NCBI GenBank assembly: GCA_964016885.1
Contig: OZ024752.1
Span: 37,820,001 to 37,884,000 of the forward strand
Source of the DNA: Eledone cirrhosa
Lineage: Eukaryota
Length of the DNA: 64,000 nucleotides
Reading direction: 5' to 3'
Position numbers and translations under genes: made by a program. Positions 24,400 through 36,838 of the stretch are shown one piece after another. The notes beneath the pieces were generated by a model. It saw only the letters and a list, made by a program, of their open reading frames with translations. It was not told where the DNA came from and ran no database searches. Each line of letters opens with the position of its first letter. Position 1 is the first letter of the stretch.

Positions 24400-25640
24400 C
24401 TCTTCTGGGCTCTGGATGCAAAGAGACAAGATGGTTGGCCATATAACTATTGACTACCCTTCCAAACACCCTATCAATAGACTACTAGTATTAGACACTG
24501 AACTCTGTTTAAACACTATAAACGAGAAAACCCAAATTCTCTACCCACATTATGCTAAACCCATGGCCTCCTAATACCTTATACACAAAAACTCAGCGAT
24601 GTTTAATAGTGCTAAGTTTAATATTCTGTTTGCAGACTTGGTAAGAGTGATGAAGAATGTGTCCCGCATGTGCAATCCAACTGAACTGGAAAGACACGTA
24701 CAACACTTCATCAATCACATGCAGTTCTCTGGCCAAAGAGACAGGATCGGCATGTACAAAGGAGCCACAGAGAAATATAAGACCCTCATAGAAATGGACA
24801 TGAAAGGGATTTGCCCATTGTACAGGAACAAATCATGGAATAGCTTAGATAGGACTAAACAAGATAGGGGATGCCACTTCATAGTACAACAACCAGAGAT
24901 ACCAGAGTGTCATGTTCATAGATGCAACACCTGGAGGTGAATTAGCTAACCAACTTAGAAAGGCCCTAAGAAAGAGCCATCTAAAGATTAAAGTGGTAGA
25001 AAAGCCAGGAACTACCATAAAATCCCATATCATTGAAACTTACCTCTTTAAGAAAACCCACTGTACTAATAAGAAATGTGGTATATGTAGAATAAATCCA
25101 CAAATAAATTGTAAAACTAGAAATGTAATCTATAGCATAAAATGTACAGAGGGTATATGCAGAAACATGACAATGACATTCATAGGGGAGACGATAGACC
25201 AACACTGGGGTGAAATAAAAGGACAAAAAGATGATTCAGTACTATATGAACATGCCAGACTGAGACATGATGGTAATATAGACAACAGAAATTAAAATAA
25301 TATAACAGGTAGACAAATTAGAGGAACAACTGAAATAAAACTAAGAAAACTGAAGTTGAACAGAAAAAATGAATGGAATTACAACAACCATACACAAACA
25401 CAATAGTGATGTAAGATAAATATAAATATACACAGGTACAATAACAACATCCACACATAAAAACACACGAGTGAGCAAAGATAGAATACAAACAAACACA
25501 GACTCAAATGCATGCGCAAACAGACAAGAATAAATAAATAAATAAATAAAAAAAATAGAATAGACATTACAATACAACAGATGGAAACAATAGTACCACT
25601 GATGATGTCGCAGGTGTGTGATGAAAGAACTTTGATAGAC
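24400..25640 (+). mobile_element. Decayed Penelope-like retroelement: RT C-terminus, Cys-rich linker, GIY-YIG endonuclease, 3' region with hammerhead-like motif
   Basis: DYPSKHP..L.VLD.....ILY.HYAKPMAS; FIDATPGGELANQLR...IKVVEKPG; CTNKKCGIC...CKTRNVIYSIKC...FIGET; stops and frameshifts present. Confidence 0.85.
25594..25637 (+). ncRNA. Degenerate hammerhead ribozyme motif at the 3' end of the Penelope remnant
   Basis: tacca-CTGATGA-t-gtcgca(ggtg)tgtgat-GAAA-gaactt-tgata; stem I/III degraded. Confidence 0.5.
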
Positions 25641-27209
25641 TATATATATATTTTTAACTATTGGTCAATCAATGATAAACATTGATTGCCAGCTAAATTA
25701 ACTATAACGATATGAAATATACAGAAGCGAAAATCAATCCAGTGTGTTTTATTATTATTTCTGGCAATATTATAACAATATGACCCTCCCAATGTCTAAC
25801 AATATATATAAATATACATGTACATATAAATGTATATATATATGTATATATCATCATCATCATCACCGTTTTACGTCCGTTCTTCCACGCTAGCATGGGT
25901 TAGACGGGATGTCCTGTTGTGGGCAGTGTCTGGTCGGCTGACCATGCCTTGCTCATACAGGAACTGATTTGGCTTGATTTCTACAGCTGGATGCCCTTCC
26001 TAACACCAACCTCATTTACAGTGAGTGCTGGGTGCTTTTTCGTGGCGCCTACACGTCCACTTTACAGTGTGGGCTGGGTGCTTTTTTGCCGTGGCACCTC
26101 CACGACCACTTTGCGATCGCTGGTGGACTCCCTCGAGACCCCGTGCATTAAATCCTGTCTCGTGTGTGTATGTATGTACATACATGCTATGATTACATAT
26201 CAATAACTTTATCAAAACTATACTGAATTAATTATTTATTCCCCCAACACACCTTTATTTTCCTCCACCAACAATCTTTAATATTTACTTAGTGATTATT
26301 TCATGTCTATTTTTATTTGGAATAAAAATAATTGTTTCTACTTTTGGCACAAGGCCAGCAATTAACCAATGCATTACTGGTACTTTATGCATTGGATTAA
26401 AAATAATAATAATGTAGTTTATTTTGTTTATCTCAGATGTTATAAGACAAAAGAGTCACTGATAATGGTATGTTTATATGGGGTTTATGCCTCTAACACA
26501 TAAAATAATCGAGTCTCTAACAGTCAACTATTAACACTCCAACTTTTTTAATTCATTCAATTGCTGCAAATTTATGTTGTTATTAGTTTCAAGGAGCTTT
26601 AAATTGGTTCAGTATCACTCAACAGACGACAATTCAAGACATACGCCTTATTTTGATTATCTCCCTTTGACTACATTTGAACCATATATCTGCACACACG
26701 CATTTTTCTTCCATTGCTCAGTCATTCTCTCAATTTATCGTCGTTCAATTACTCTTACGTTACAGATCCAGCGGTATATGTTGGAATCGTGTACATATAC
26801 ATACGTATATATTATGCATAGTTGTGTACACACACATATTCATATATATATGTATATGTAAAAGGTAAACAGAAATAACAACACAATGGGTACAGTATAT
26901 GGAAGGGATATATTAGGTTAACGCTTGATATAGCAAAGCACAACATATCTGTGTGTGGTAAAGAAAATAGTGTTTTATGTTCATATTTAGAACAAAAAAA
27001 AGGGTACCTTAGTCTTGAAAGACATCTCCCCGTACTCTGTACGGTCTGGAGAGTTGGTCATTACTAGATATTGAAACCAAAGTTAACGCTTTCCCATTCC
27101 CATTGTATTTATATATATACAAATAAAGATTCAGCGAGAATCGCATTTTCGGCGGGCAGGAAAAAGCGAAGCGAAACACAAAATTCAGAAATGATATATA
27201 TATATACAT

Positions 27210-27885
27210 ATGGACGAGCAACCTCCACATTTGCCAGGCTGACGAAGAAGAGTCTGGGAGAACAGAAAGGTAAACACCAAATTGCTGTTTACAAGGCGTG
27301 TGTCTTCAGCACACTATTTTACGGCAGCGAGACATGAAGTCTGAATGTCCTCCACTTTCGTTGCCTGAGATGCATTTTGGACATCAAGTGGACTGACCGG
27401 GTCATGAACACTGAGGTCCTCAACTGCGCCAAGATACCCAGCATTTACACCCTGCTCAAACGCGTCGTCTACGCTGGCTCGGTCATGTACATCGTATGAG
27501 GGGGGAGGGGGTTTACAAAAAGTCCTACTATATAGGGGAACTGGCCACCGGCACTAGAGAACGAGGACAACCTAATTTTCGCTTCAAAGACGTCTGCAGG
27601 AGGGATATGAAGTCAATAGAACTGGACACCCAGAGATGGGAGGAAGTCGCTAATGATCGCCCACAATGGAGACGAGTATTGCGCAAGGGGGTGGTGTGAG
27701 TGGAAGAGAAACTGAAACTTGCCTCCGAGGTAAAGCGTGCTCGAAAAAAAAACAACAATACAGTTGCACCGGAGAAGAACATCTACAAATGCAGTCGCTG
27801 TATACAGGACTGCCACTCCCGTGTGAGCTTGTACAGCCGCAGCAGCCAACACGAAATTCTTCAGGCGCAGATCCATGGCCTTTCG
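27210..27885 (+). mobile_element. Decayed RTE/BovB-like LINE 3' fragment
   Basis: VYKACVFSTLFYGSET, RRLRWLGHV, YIGELATGTRERGQPNFRFKDVC, C-terminal CSRC zinc-finger-like motif; stops and frameshifts. Confidence 0.8.
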
Positions 27886-28111
27886 AATAATTGTTTCTAC
27901 TATTGGCACAAGGCCAGCAAATAAACAGTACATTACTGGTACTTTATTTTACCGACCCCGTAAGGATGAAAGGCAATGCCAATAATAATATATATGTATA
28001 TATATATAGCATGTATTACATGTGTGAGAGAACAACAAATTTTTGAATATATATATAATTACTGGCTGACAAATATTAGTTTGCTTCCTTAATATTTGAT
28101 ACATGTATATA

Positions 28112-28181
<70 letters not shown>

Positions 28182-28349
28182 TTTTCTGCCCATTTTAGAG
28201 TGCAAAGAGCTAACTTAATCACTACAACTAAATTGAACAATGCTTCCACCGCCCGAGTTGATAAACGATATGAGAGGGTAATTAAGAAATAACTTTATTT
28301 GGGGTTTTCTGTTGTGGATAAACACTGATTATTGCCCCTGTATTTCAAC

Positions 28350-28634
28350 CCGGAAGTAGATGATATGACGTTAGTCATATACTAAACTATTGTAACTACA
28401 TTGTTTGGGCGCGAAAGCGCTGATCTTTTAAGACGTATTTTTTCTTTATATATTTATATATATATTCCTAATATTTCACCCTGGCGGCAGCAACTACTTC
28501 CTCGAGCACAATGAATACTAAGTACGATGATTTGGAGTATCCATACTGTGACGATGTGAACAAATTCGAAAAACTTGCTAAGATAGGACAGGGGACTTTC
28601 GGGTAATTATAATGTATATTCCTTCCACTTCCGG
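28350..28634 (+). promoter_or_regulatory. CDK9 promoter / first-exon regulatory cluster (ETS, E2F, CRE half-site)
   Basis: CCGGAAGT at 28350-28357, TGACGT at 28366-28371, GCGCGAAA (=TTTCGCGC, E2F consensus) at 28409-28416, second ETS ACTTCCGG at 28627-28634; locally CpG-containing in an AT-rich background. Confidence 0.55.
28511..28602 (+). CDS. CDK9: CDK9 coding exon 1 ([31 protein letters not shown])
   Basis: ATG at 28511, |gtaatt donor, phase 2. Confidence 0.95.
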
Positions 28635-29317
28635 GCCTTTCGTTCTTCCATTAAAGGTCTAATAATTAAACATGAAAATTACTTAATGTATCCCTTCTCT
28701 ACTTTATTTATCTTTTCCTCGATGTATACTTCAGTTAAAATATATTTTAGTTGTGTAAAAATCTTCAATGTAGCTTTCTTGTTTATATTTGTTTTTCTGT
28801 GTTGACACCACCATCACGTCTACATGCTTTCAGATATAGCTAAATTATTACCATAGTTTTATTATTCACAGTGAGAAAACATTACAAATATTCACAACTT
28901 TGTCTTAAAAAAAAGAAAGATAATTACATAGATGTGAAAAAGAAAGATAAAAGCAAAATTAAGGAGAAAATGGGGAAGGGTTAAAGAAGGGCCAGATCTG
29001 GGTGTTGAGGAAACGACTATAAATTCTATAAATGAGAGGAAAAAGCAAGGACTATAGGGCGACAGAAGAAAAGAGGAAGGGTGATCGGTTCTGGGTCTAG
29101 GGCACGGCAATGGTGGGGTTCCGCCCCACCGAAGGACTTTATACTCTAAGACTAATTCCGCATTGTTCTAACGCATTAGTTTTGGTGATTTCTTTTTCCT
29201 TTCATTAAATATACTACTATCGTATTTTCATGTTTTAATATACATCTTTATATATATATAACAACACTGTCTTTTCTTCCTTTTTAATATACATCTTATA
29301 TATATATATATATTATA

Positions 29318-29351
<34 letters not shown>

Positions 29352-29837
29352 AGATCGGGTTTAGGTTCTGGTTGTAAGAAAATAACCTGGAAAATGACAC
29401 CGAATGATTTACACCGCTTAAATATATCTTCCCCTCGTGTGTCTCGTGATTAATTTATTCCTTGTAAAAAATATATTTTGATTTCTTCGAAGTTGATGAA
29501 AGGAGAATAAATAAGAGATTTATCTAATGATTCAGCTACATGAAATCTTTAATATAGGTATTGCTTAATTAAATAATTTCCCCACTAATCCCAATTATTA
29601 CAAATTTACTTTCATAGATACTACAAACATCGTTTGGTAGACATTGTATGGTGTTTAATCTCAGGTTTATTATAGTCTAGAATTCCAACCACGACCATTC
29701 CATCCCATCGGGTTCTATATCAGGGACTACATTATTCAATATATCCGTATTCATTTGGCTTGATTTTAGGGAAATGTAGCTGTTATTTCTAGCTGGTCGA
29801 GTAGCTACGTAGTTCTCATCATTGGCTTGTAAGATCT

Positions 29838-29880
<43 letters not shown>

Positions 29881-30162
29881 AAGCAAAAGGGATATTCAAT
29901 TTGTTGGTAATTCAACAAATATAAATGTTTATAACTGATTCAGAGCACTCGACCGGTTTTCTGGAGTATAATATTCAATGATATTAAATAAATGGAAACT
30001 ATATTTATAAAACCATATTTATTTTATTATATATATTTCAAGGGTACCAAAACTTTGATATGCTTTCATCAGATAAAATACAAAGTTTGTTTTATAAATG
30101 TTGACATAACCAAGAAAAGATACCTTAACGGTTCTAGTTTTCCTTGGATAGTCAAAGATATG

Positions 30163-30218
<56 letters not shown>

Positions 30219-30551
30219 CATATCTTTGACTATCCATATATATATATACGATATTAACAAATGGAAACTATATTTATAAAACCATATCTATTTTATTATG
30301 CATATTTCAAGGATACCATGTTAAATTATGGTATGCTTTCATAAAACTGGTATATATTGTATTTTGTCTGATGAAAGCATACCATAATTTAACATGGTAT
30401 CCTTGAAATATGTATAATAAAATAGATATGGTTTTATAAATATAGTTTCCATTTGTTAATATCGTATATTTACTCCAAATACTTGTCGAGTGCTTTATAT
30501 CAGTTATAAAAATATTTGCTTGTTGTACTCCAACAATTTAAATAGAACTTT

Positions 30552-30590
<39 letters not shown>

Positions 30591-30745
30591 CATATCTTTA
30601 CCAAAACACACCTACTGCACTCGCTGTTAACTATCATGTGTGCACTCTGAACATCAAGATGCAGTTTCACTACTGCAACTTTATTGATTCATTGAGTCAG
30701 TGATGGCCAGAAATCGTTGAAATAACATCAGTGACTTTCGAAAAT

Positions 30746-30779
<34 letters not shown>

Positions 30780-30946
30780 GAAATTAACATGGTATCCTTG
30801 AAATATGTATAATGAAATAAATATGGTTTTATAAATATAATTTCCATTTGTTTAATATCGTATATCTACTCCAAAACTTGTCGAGTGCTTTATATCAGTT
30901 ATAAAATATTTACTTGTTGTAACCCAACAATTTTATATAAAACTTT

Positions 30947-30991
<45 letters not shown>

Positions 30992-31285
30992 CATAAGTAT
31001 AGTTATATGAACTTTGATTTTGAATATGTTTCTCTCTTAAACAACGTGGTTTTTATGGTTAGTTGTTTAACTGGTGGTCAGCCCTGGTCAGTCAAGCAGA
31101 CCTGTGGTCAAACACATTCCAGCCACAACAATTCCGTCTTTTAGTATATCAGGAACTACATTGTCCAGTGGTTTTTCTTTTGTTTTAATGACTAGGTTGT
31201 GATTCGATAGAGATTTGGGCTGGTGTTTCTAGCAGTTTAAGCGACTTCGTATACAACACAATCCCTCGTTGACTCACACACTTTG

Positions 31286-31351
<66 letters not shown>

Positions 31352-34300
31352 ATCATTCCGTATAAAAATATGAGTCCACGTAGAGATGTCCGATGGAACA
31401 GCAGAAGAAATAGACTGGTCACGAGGGTTCATTGGTGGAAGATCCGAGAAATACGAACGAATCTTGGTGACATATGATGCTGGGTGAAGATGCGATGAGA
31501 CCACCGGTGCTAACATTTGACCAGGAAGAGTCAATGTGGTACCATAAAGAAGTTCAGCAGAAGAGAAACCTAAATCTGTCTTAAATGACAGAACGGCAAC
31601 CAAGAAGCACATTGGCAAGAATTCGGTCCAACGTTGCGGATCAGGAGTAGCGCGGAGTGCAGCTTTCAACTGTCTGTGAAATCTCTCCACCATCCCGTTA
31701 GAGGCTGGGTGATAGCTGGTCGTATGAATGTGATGAGCACCCAAGAGTCGTGATACTCCACCATCCCGTTAGAGGCTGGTCGTATGAATGTGATGAGCAC
31801 CCAAGAGTCGTGATATTTCACGAAATAAGGAAGCCTAGAAGTGTCGTCCGCCATCCGTAGTTATTTTAGAAGGAACACCAAAGCGAGCAATCCAAATGAA
31901 AGCTCGGGCAACGGACTCTGCTGTTATGTCCACTAGGGGTATGACTTCAGGCCACCGAGAGAAACGATCGATATATATATATACAGTGTGTAAATAACTT
32001 TGATAGATTTCGTCCAGTATTGGCCCATACCATATTTATATATGTATGTATCGGCAGTCGACCGACAAGATCCCAGACTCATTTGCTTAACGAGTGGGGT
32101 GGAAGCTCGTCGATTCCCAATACTATCTGTCGGTCGCAAATATAAAGTGTCTTGCTCAAGGACAACGCATCGACCTATCCAGGAATCGAAATCACAGCCT
32201 CACGATTGCGAATCCAATTCTCTAATATATATATATATATCTACGTGTGACGGTATTTTAACGATAGTTATAGCTCTGATTTATTTGAATTATTGAGCCC
32301 TCTGCCGCTCATCTCGAATTTTGTTTATCGTGAACTCGTGCGCCGATTTTTCGATACTCGATTATTCTACTATATATATATATATACATATATCCGGTAT
32401 TAAAACACAATATATCTTCCTTCAATCAGTTTTATACTCTAAATCAGGGGTTCTCAACCTTTTTTTTTCGCTGTGGACCACCAAAATAAGTAATATTTTC
32501 CTGTGAACCACCTAAACTTTTAAATCTTTTGTAATAGAACTGCTAGAGACATTCTAACCACATGCCCATAGTATCAGAGCTGTGAACTCGAAATTTTCAA
32601 AAACAATGGACATGTGTGTAATTAAACAAAATATTATATTAGTTACATTTTTGTGAAATGGCTACGAATTCTCTGTGGACCACTAGAAATGCTATGTGGT
32701 CCACCTGGACCACGTTGAGAATCACTGCTCTAAATTAATGTAGCGATTATTTTATCTTAATGTTGAAATCTTCCATCCATGGTCGATGTGCGTTGCATCA
32801 CATTTGATTTCGTCACAAACTACGACGATTAGGTTTGCACTCTGTATTCTACTGAAGTCATTAATTCTGTCAATTAATGAACAATTAGCGTTCTGTTACT
32901 TATTTCTTGTTTCCTAACCACAACAAGAACCAAACTTCACCATTTTTAGGCTGACATTTCAAAGTAAAATTCATGTAAACACTAAAATAGTTGGCTTGTC
33001 ATGACAATTTAACTGCTTACATACTTGTGAAACCATGGTATGGGTGATATTAATGATGTAGCTGTCTTATTTTAGGTTACTTTACTAGGAATCTACCCAT
33101 TGCTAACTTTAAAGTTATATATATATATATATACTAGCCGAATTACCCGCGCCTTGCTGCGTCTCACTTTTTTTTTTTTTTGTAAGAAAATGATGTTTGA
33201 TTTTAAATCAGTGATATAATTATGGAGGGAAACATTATTTTTTGTAATATATCCAATTGAAAATTACATTATTAAATCTTATTCTTATTTTTGTTTCTTG
33301 TAAATAACTTTTTTCAAAATTTCAATTCAAAACTTTTGTGAATAGGGATCATATCTTGTCATTTACCTATGGTTTAAATTTCATATAAATCGAAGGGAAA
33401 AAATTTTCAGCAGGGGTTTGTGCCCCTGGGGAACCCTTTGATTAAAATGAAATATACTTATCCAAGTACCCTGAGCAATGTAGTTTCAGAATATATATAT
33501 ATGGTTATGGGGTTCTATCTCCAAAACCATAGGAGTAGTTTGTGAACAAACAGACAGGAATACAACTTTATATATATAGATATATATAATTTAAGCTATC
33601 TTTTCATTGAGATGTTTCTGTACATCAGTGACAAATTACCTTCTGTATGCTACATATATTGTGTGTGTGTGTGTATATGTTTTGGAAGTTGTACATCTAA
33701 CATCATCATCATTTTAATGTTCCCTGCTAGTCAAATCTAGAATTATATTTAATCCTTTAGCATTTAAACCAGCCATATCCGGCCAGAATTCTCTCACCTC
33801 TTTCTGTTCAAACCGGTTGTAATTGGCCACTCATACTGATGTTAACATTGTTCTCAAAATAAATAATATCAAAATCTCATAGATTTCATATTATGTGAGG
33901 TTAAAGCCTTTACTGTGAAAATATAATAGTATGTATAGAGTAAGCAAATGCTAAAGTGTTTAAGTTTTTCATATGATTATTTCACTTCATATCTATAATG
34001 TATTTTTTGTGAATGTAATTCTATTTGAAACAGCAACTAGTTTGATGTGACTATCATGGTTTGTTTTTGTAGAGAAGTGTTTAAAGCTCGATGCAAGAAG
34101 ACCAAAAAACTAGTCGCATTAAAGAAAGTTCTGATGGAGAATGAAAAAGAAGGCGTAAGTTTTGTTATGAAATATTTTTTTATTAAGAAGTTGCAAAATT
34201 TAAAAAATATACAATGTAAAAACTGGGTTTCAATAAGAAAATCATTTTGATGTGGTGTCCTTTGGTGCATTAACAGAATCCCTTCAGTTTCAAGTATCTC

Positions 34301-35108
34301 AGTCAAATCTCCAAATGAAGGGCAACTACCTCCTTAACCCCCCAACAGTCTCAGAGCTCTTTAAGAAAGGGTTATGGTGCCGCCCTTCCCTCTTTTACAC
34401 ACTCACACATAGACATATACATAAATCTTTGCAGTTTCAATCTACTAAATTCATTCACAAGGCATTGGTTGGCTCAGAGCTAGTAGGTGATTGTCCCAGG
34501 TACCACAGTGGAACTGAACTCAAAACCACTTAGCTCTGAAGCAGGCAGCTTAACCACGCAGCCATGCCTGAGTTAGCTTTTTAATGCTCCCTACATTAAA
34601 TATGTTAACACTGAAATTACCGTATTTCCCAGCATTGAAGGCACTTCGTCCTTGAGGACGCACCTTAATTTTAACAACCAAAAATTTGAAAAAAAAATGA
34701 TGACAGCCTTCAGCCTCCAGGGCGCATGGTAGATTTTTTGAGACTTATTTTAGGAAGAATGTAGCATCTTCGACACCGGAAAATATGGTATATCTCTGAA
34801 AATATTAATTTCTAAACAATCCTGTTGATAACCAATGTTGGTGGTTCTTCCATCACTACTACAGAAATTGCAGTGAAAGTAATGCAGTGATAATGAAGTC
34901 AGAATAAGACTGAAACCTACCCAAAGTTAAAGATATTATTAGCTATTGTACCAGTAATACACTGGGTAATGATGGCCTTGTGCCAAAAAAGTAGAAACAA
35001 TTATTAGCTATCCTAGCTATTGACTAATATTCTTTCTTCAATACATTTTTTTTTTTTGCATCTCTATTTCTTTCCTGATTGGCACACCTGACACGTGAAT
35101 ACCAGCCT

Positions 35109-35150
<42 letters not shown>

Positions 35151-35352
35151 CAAATCAAATCATAGCTCATAGTTTCTGAGGAAGATGGTGTAGTGGATCA
35201 GGGATTTTGAAACTGGAAACGGGTATTGACATAACCACTACCTGCTAGTCAATATATCAACCTATCGTGAGCAATCAACCCTCTGAAATGAACATAAAAC
35301 AACAAACAAATTAACCACCTATCTGACTTTTGTTTTATTTTCACTGTTTAAT

Positions 35353-35425
<73 letters not shown>

Positions 35426-36838
35426 GTCCTATACGAGCAGGACAACAAATCTTGCCTCAAGTGGGAAACCTCCCATCCAAACCCATGCAAGCGTGGAAGA
35501 TGGACGTTAAACGATGATGATGATGATGATATACATTTATTTCTAGTTAACTTTTTAATAGTTTCTCTATTAAATGTGTTAAAATTAACTAACTAAATAT
35601 ATAAATACATACTTTTGTGTATTCTTTCAGTTCCCCATCACAGCATTAAGAGAAATCAAAATTCTACAACTTCTGAAAAATGAAAACATTATTAATCTCA
35701 TAGAGATATGCAGAACTAAAGGTATGTCTTCTTTTTAGTATCTACTATACGGAGGTAGGCTGAAAACTTCATAGGCTGACTGAAGGATTGATGTTAAAGG
35801 TGGAAAATCTTGCATGCATTAATTTCAACTCTTCTTATTAATAACTGATTTGTTTCTTTCCTGAGATATGTTGAAAAATAAACCTCATTTGGTCATTCCA
35901 TGAGAGTATTTTGGTCAGCCTAAGAACTTTTCAGTTGACCCTTCATATTTCTTTATTATTTTATCTTTTTAATCTTGAAATATTGCATTTATTTCCTTTC
36001 AGCCACAAGTTACAACCGGATGAGAGGAACATTTTATTTAGTCTTTGACTTCTGTGAACATGATCTAGCAGGTTTGTTAAGCAACGTCCAAGTAAAATTC
36101 TCACTTGGAGAAATCAAGAAAGTCATGCAACAGTTATTGAACAGTCTTTACTTCATTCACAGTAACAAAGTCCTTCATCGAGATATGAAAGCTGCTAACA
36201 TCCTTATTACCAAACATGGCGTACTCAAGCTCGCTGATTTTGGGTTAGCGCGAGCATTCAGTTTAAAAGGTCAGCCTAACCGTTACACAAACAGAGTAGT
36301 GACTCTATGGTATCGTCCACCAGAATTGCTTCTAGGGGAACGAAATTATGGTCCACCTGTTGATCTTTGGGGAGCTGGGTGCATCATGGCAGAAATGTGG
36401 ACACGAAGTCCTATCATGCAAGGGAATACTGAACAACACCAACTCCAATTGATTAGCCAACTATGTGGATCAATTACCACAGAAGTTTGGTCTGACGTTG
36501 AAAACCTTGACTTATACAATAGAATAGAACTTCCAAAAGGTCAGAGACGTAAAGTAAAAGACCGTTTAAAAGTTTACGTCAAAGACCAGTATGCTTTGGA
36601 TTTACTGGATAAATTATTAACACTGGATCCTGCGAAACGTTGTGATAGTGATACTGCTTTGAACCATGATTTCTTTTGGACAGACCCTATGCCAACCGAT
36701 TTGTCTCGTATGTTGTCACAACACACAACCAGTATGTTTGAATTTTTAGCTCCACCACGTCGACGAGGCCCAGCACAACACCATGTCCAAGCTCGACCCA
36801 CACAAAATCCTGATCAACATTATGAAAGAGTATTTTAA
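28511..36838 (+). CDS. CDK9: Cyclin-dependent kinase 9 (P-TEFb kinase), 4 coding exons, 366 aa
   Basis: Spliced 92+82+91+836 = 1101 nt; motifs [49 protein letters not shown] (T-loop Thr equivalent to T186), C-terminal ERVF. Confidence 0.98.
30020..30080 (-). ncRNA. Minimal type I hammerhead ribozyme motif
   Basis: Minus strand: tattttat-CTGATGA-aagcatatca(aagttt)tggtaccctt-GAAA-t(atat)a-TA-ataaaata; perfect 8-bp stem I, palindromic minimal stem III. Confidence 0.75.
30360..30424 (+). ncRNA. Minimal type I hammerhead ribozyme motif (sense to CDK9 intron 1)
   Basis: tattttgt-CTGATGA-aagcataccat(aatttaac)atggtatcctt-GAAA-t(atgt)a-TA-ataaaata. Confidence 0.75.
31340..31935 (-). mobile_element. 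Gypsy/Ty3 LTR-retrotransposon integrase fragment
   Basis: WIARFGVP; [26 protein letters not shown]...[15 protein letters not shown]; contains an internal ~60-bp duplication. Confidence 0.88.
32444..32727. mobile_element. hAT (Charlie-like) MITE
   Basis: caggggttctcaacc ... gttgagaatcactg termini with ctctaaat repeated on both sides (8-bp TSD-like). Confidence 0.7.
33132..33582. mobile_element. Helitron/Helentron-derived non-autonomous element (DINE/HINE-like)
   Basis: Ends tactagccgaattacccgcg... and ...caaacagacagg...ctttatatatatagat, typical of this element class; inserted in (TA)n. Confidence 0.55.
34073..34154 (+). CDS. CDK9: CDK9 coding exon 2 ([27 protein letters not shown])
   Basis: ttgtag| ... 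|gtaagt; VALKK catalytic Lys. Confidence 0.97.
35631..35721 (+). CDS. CDK9: CDK9 coding exon 3 ([30 protein letters not shown])
   Basis: tttcag| ... |gtatgt; PITALRE helix. Confidence 0.98.
35747..35947. mobile_element. mariner-type MITE filling most of CDK9 intron 3; related copy ~9590-9793
   Basis: TIRs ggctgaaaacttcataggctgac / gtcagcctaagaacttttcagtt, TA flanks. Confidence 0.65.
36003..36838 (+). CDS. CDK9: CDK9 coding exon 4 (remainder of kinase domain to stop)
   Basis: tttcag| acceptor; uninterrupted ORF matching supplied 35975..36838. Confidence 0.98.

Larger units (their letters stand above)
29880..30955. mobile_element. Cluster of ~200-bp non-autonomous hammerhead-bearing units (Penelope pLTR-like) in inverted and direct orientation between (TA)n tracts
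   Basis: Unit copies at ~29880-30085 (-), 30243-30342 (-, partial), 30355-30560 (+), 30776-30950 (+, truncated); another at 63333-63530. Confidence 0.7.

Noticed and set aside
35975-36838. CDK9 as a processed retrogene
   Set aside because: Three upstream exons with canonical introns and a promoter-like region are present.
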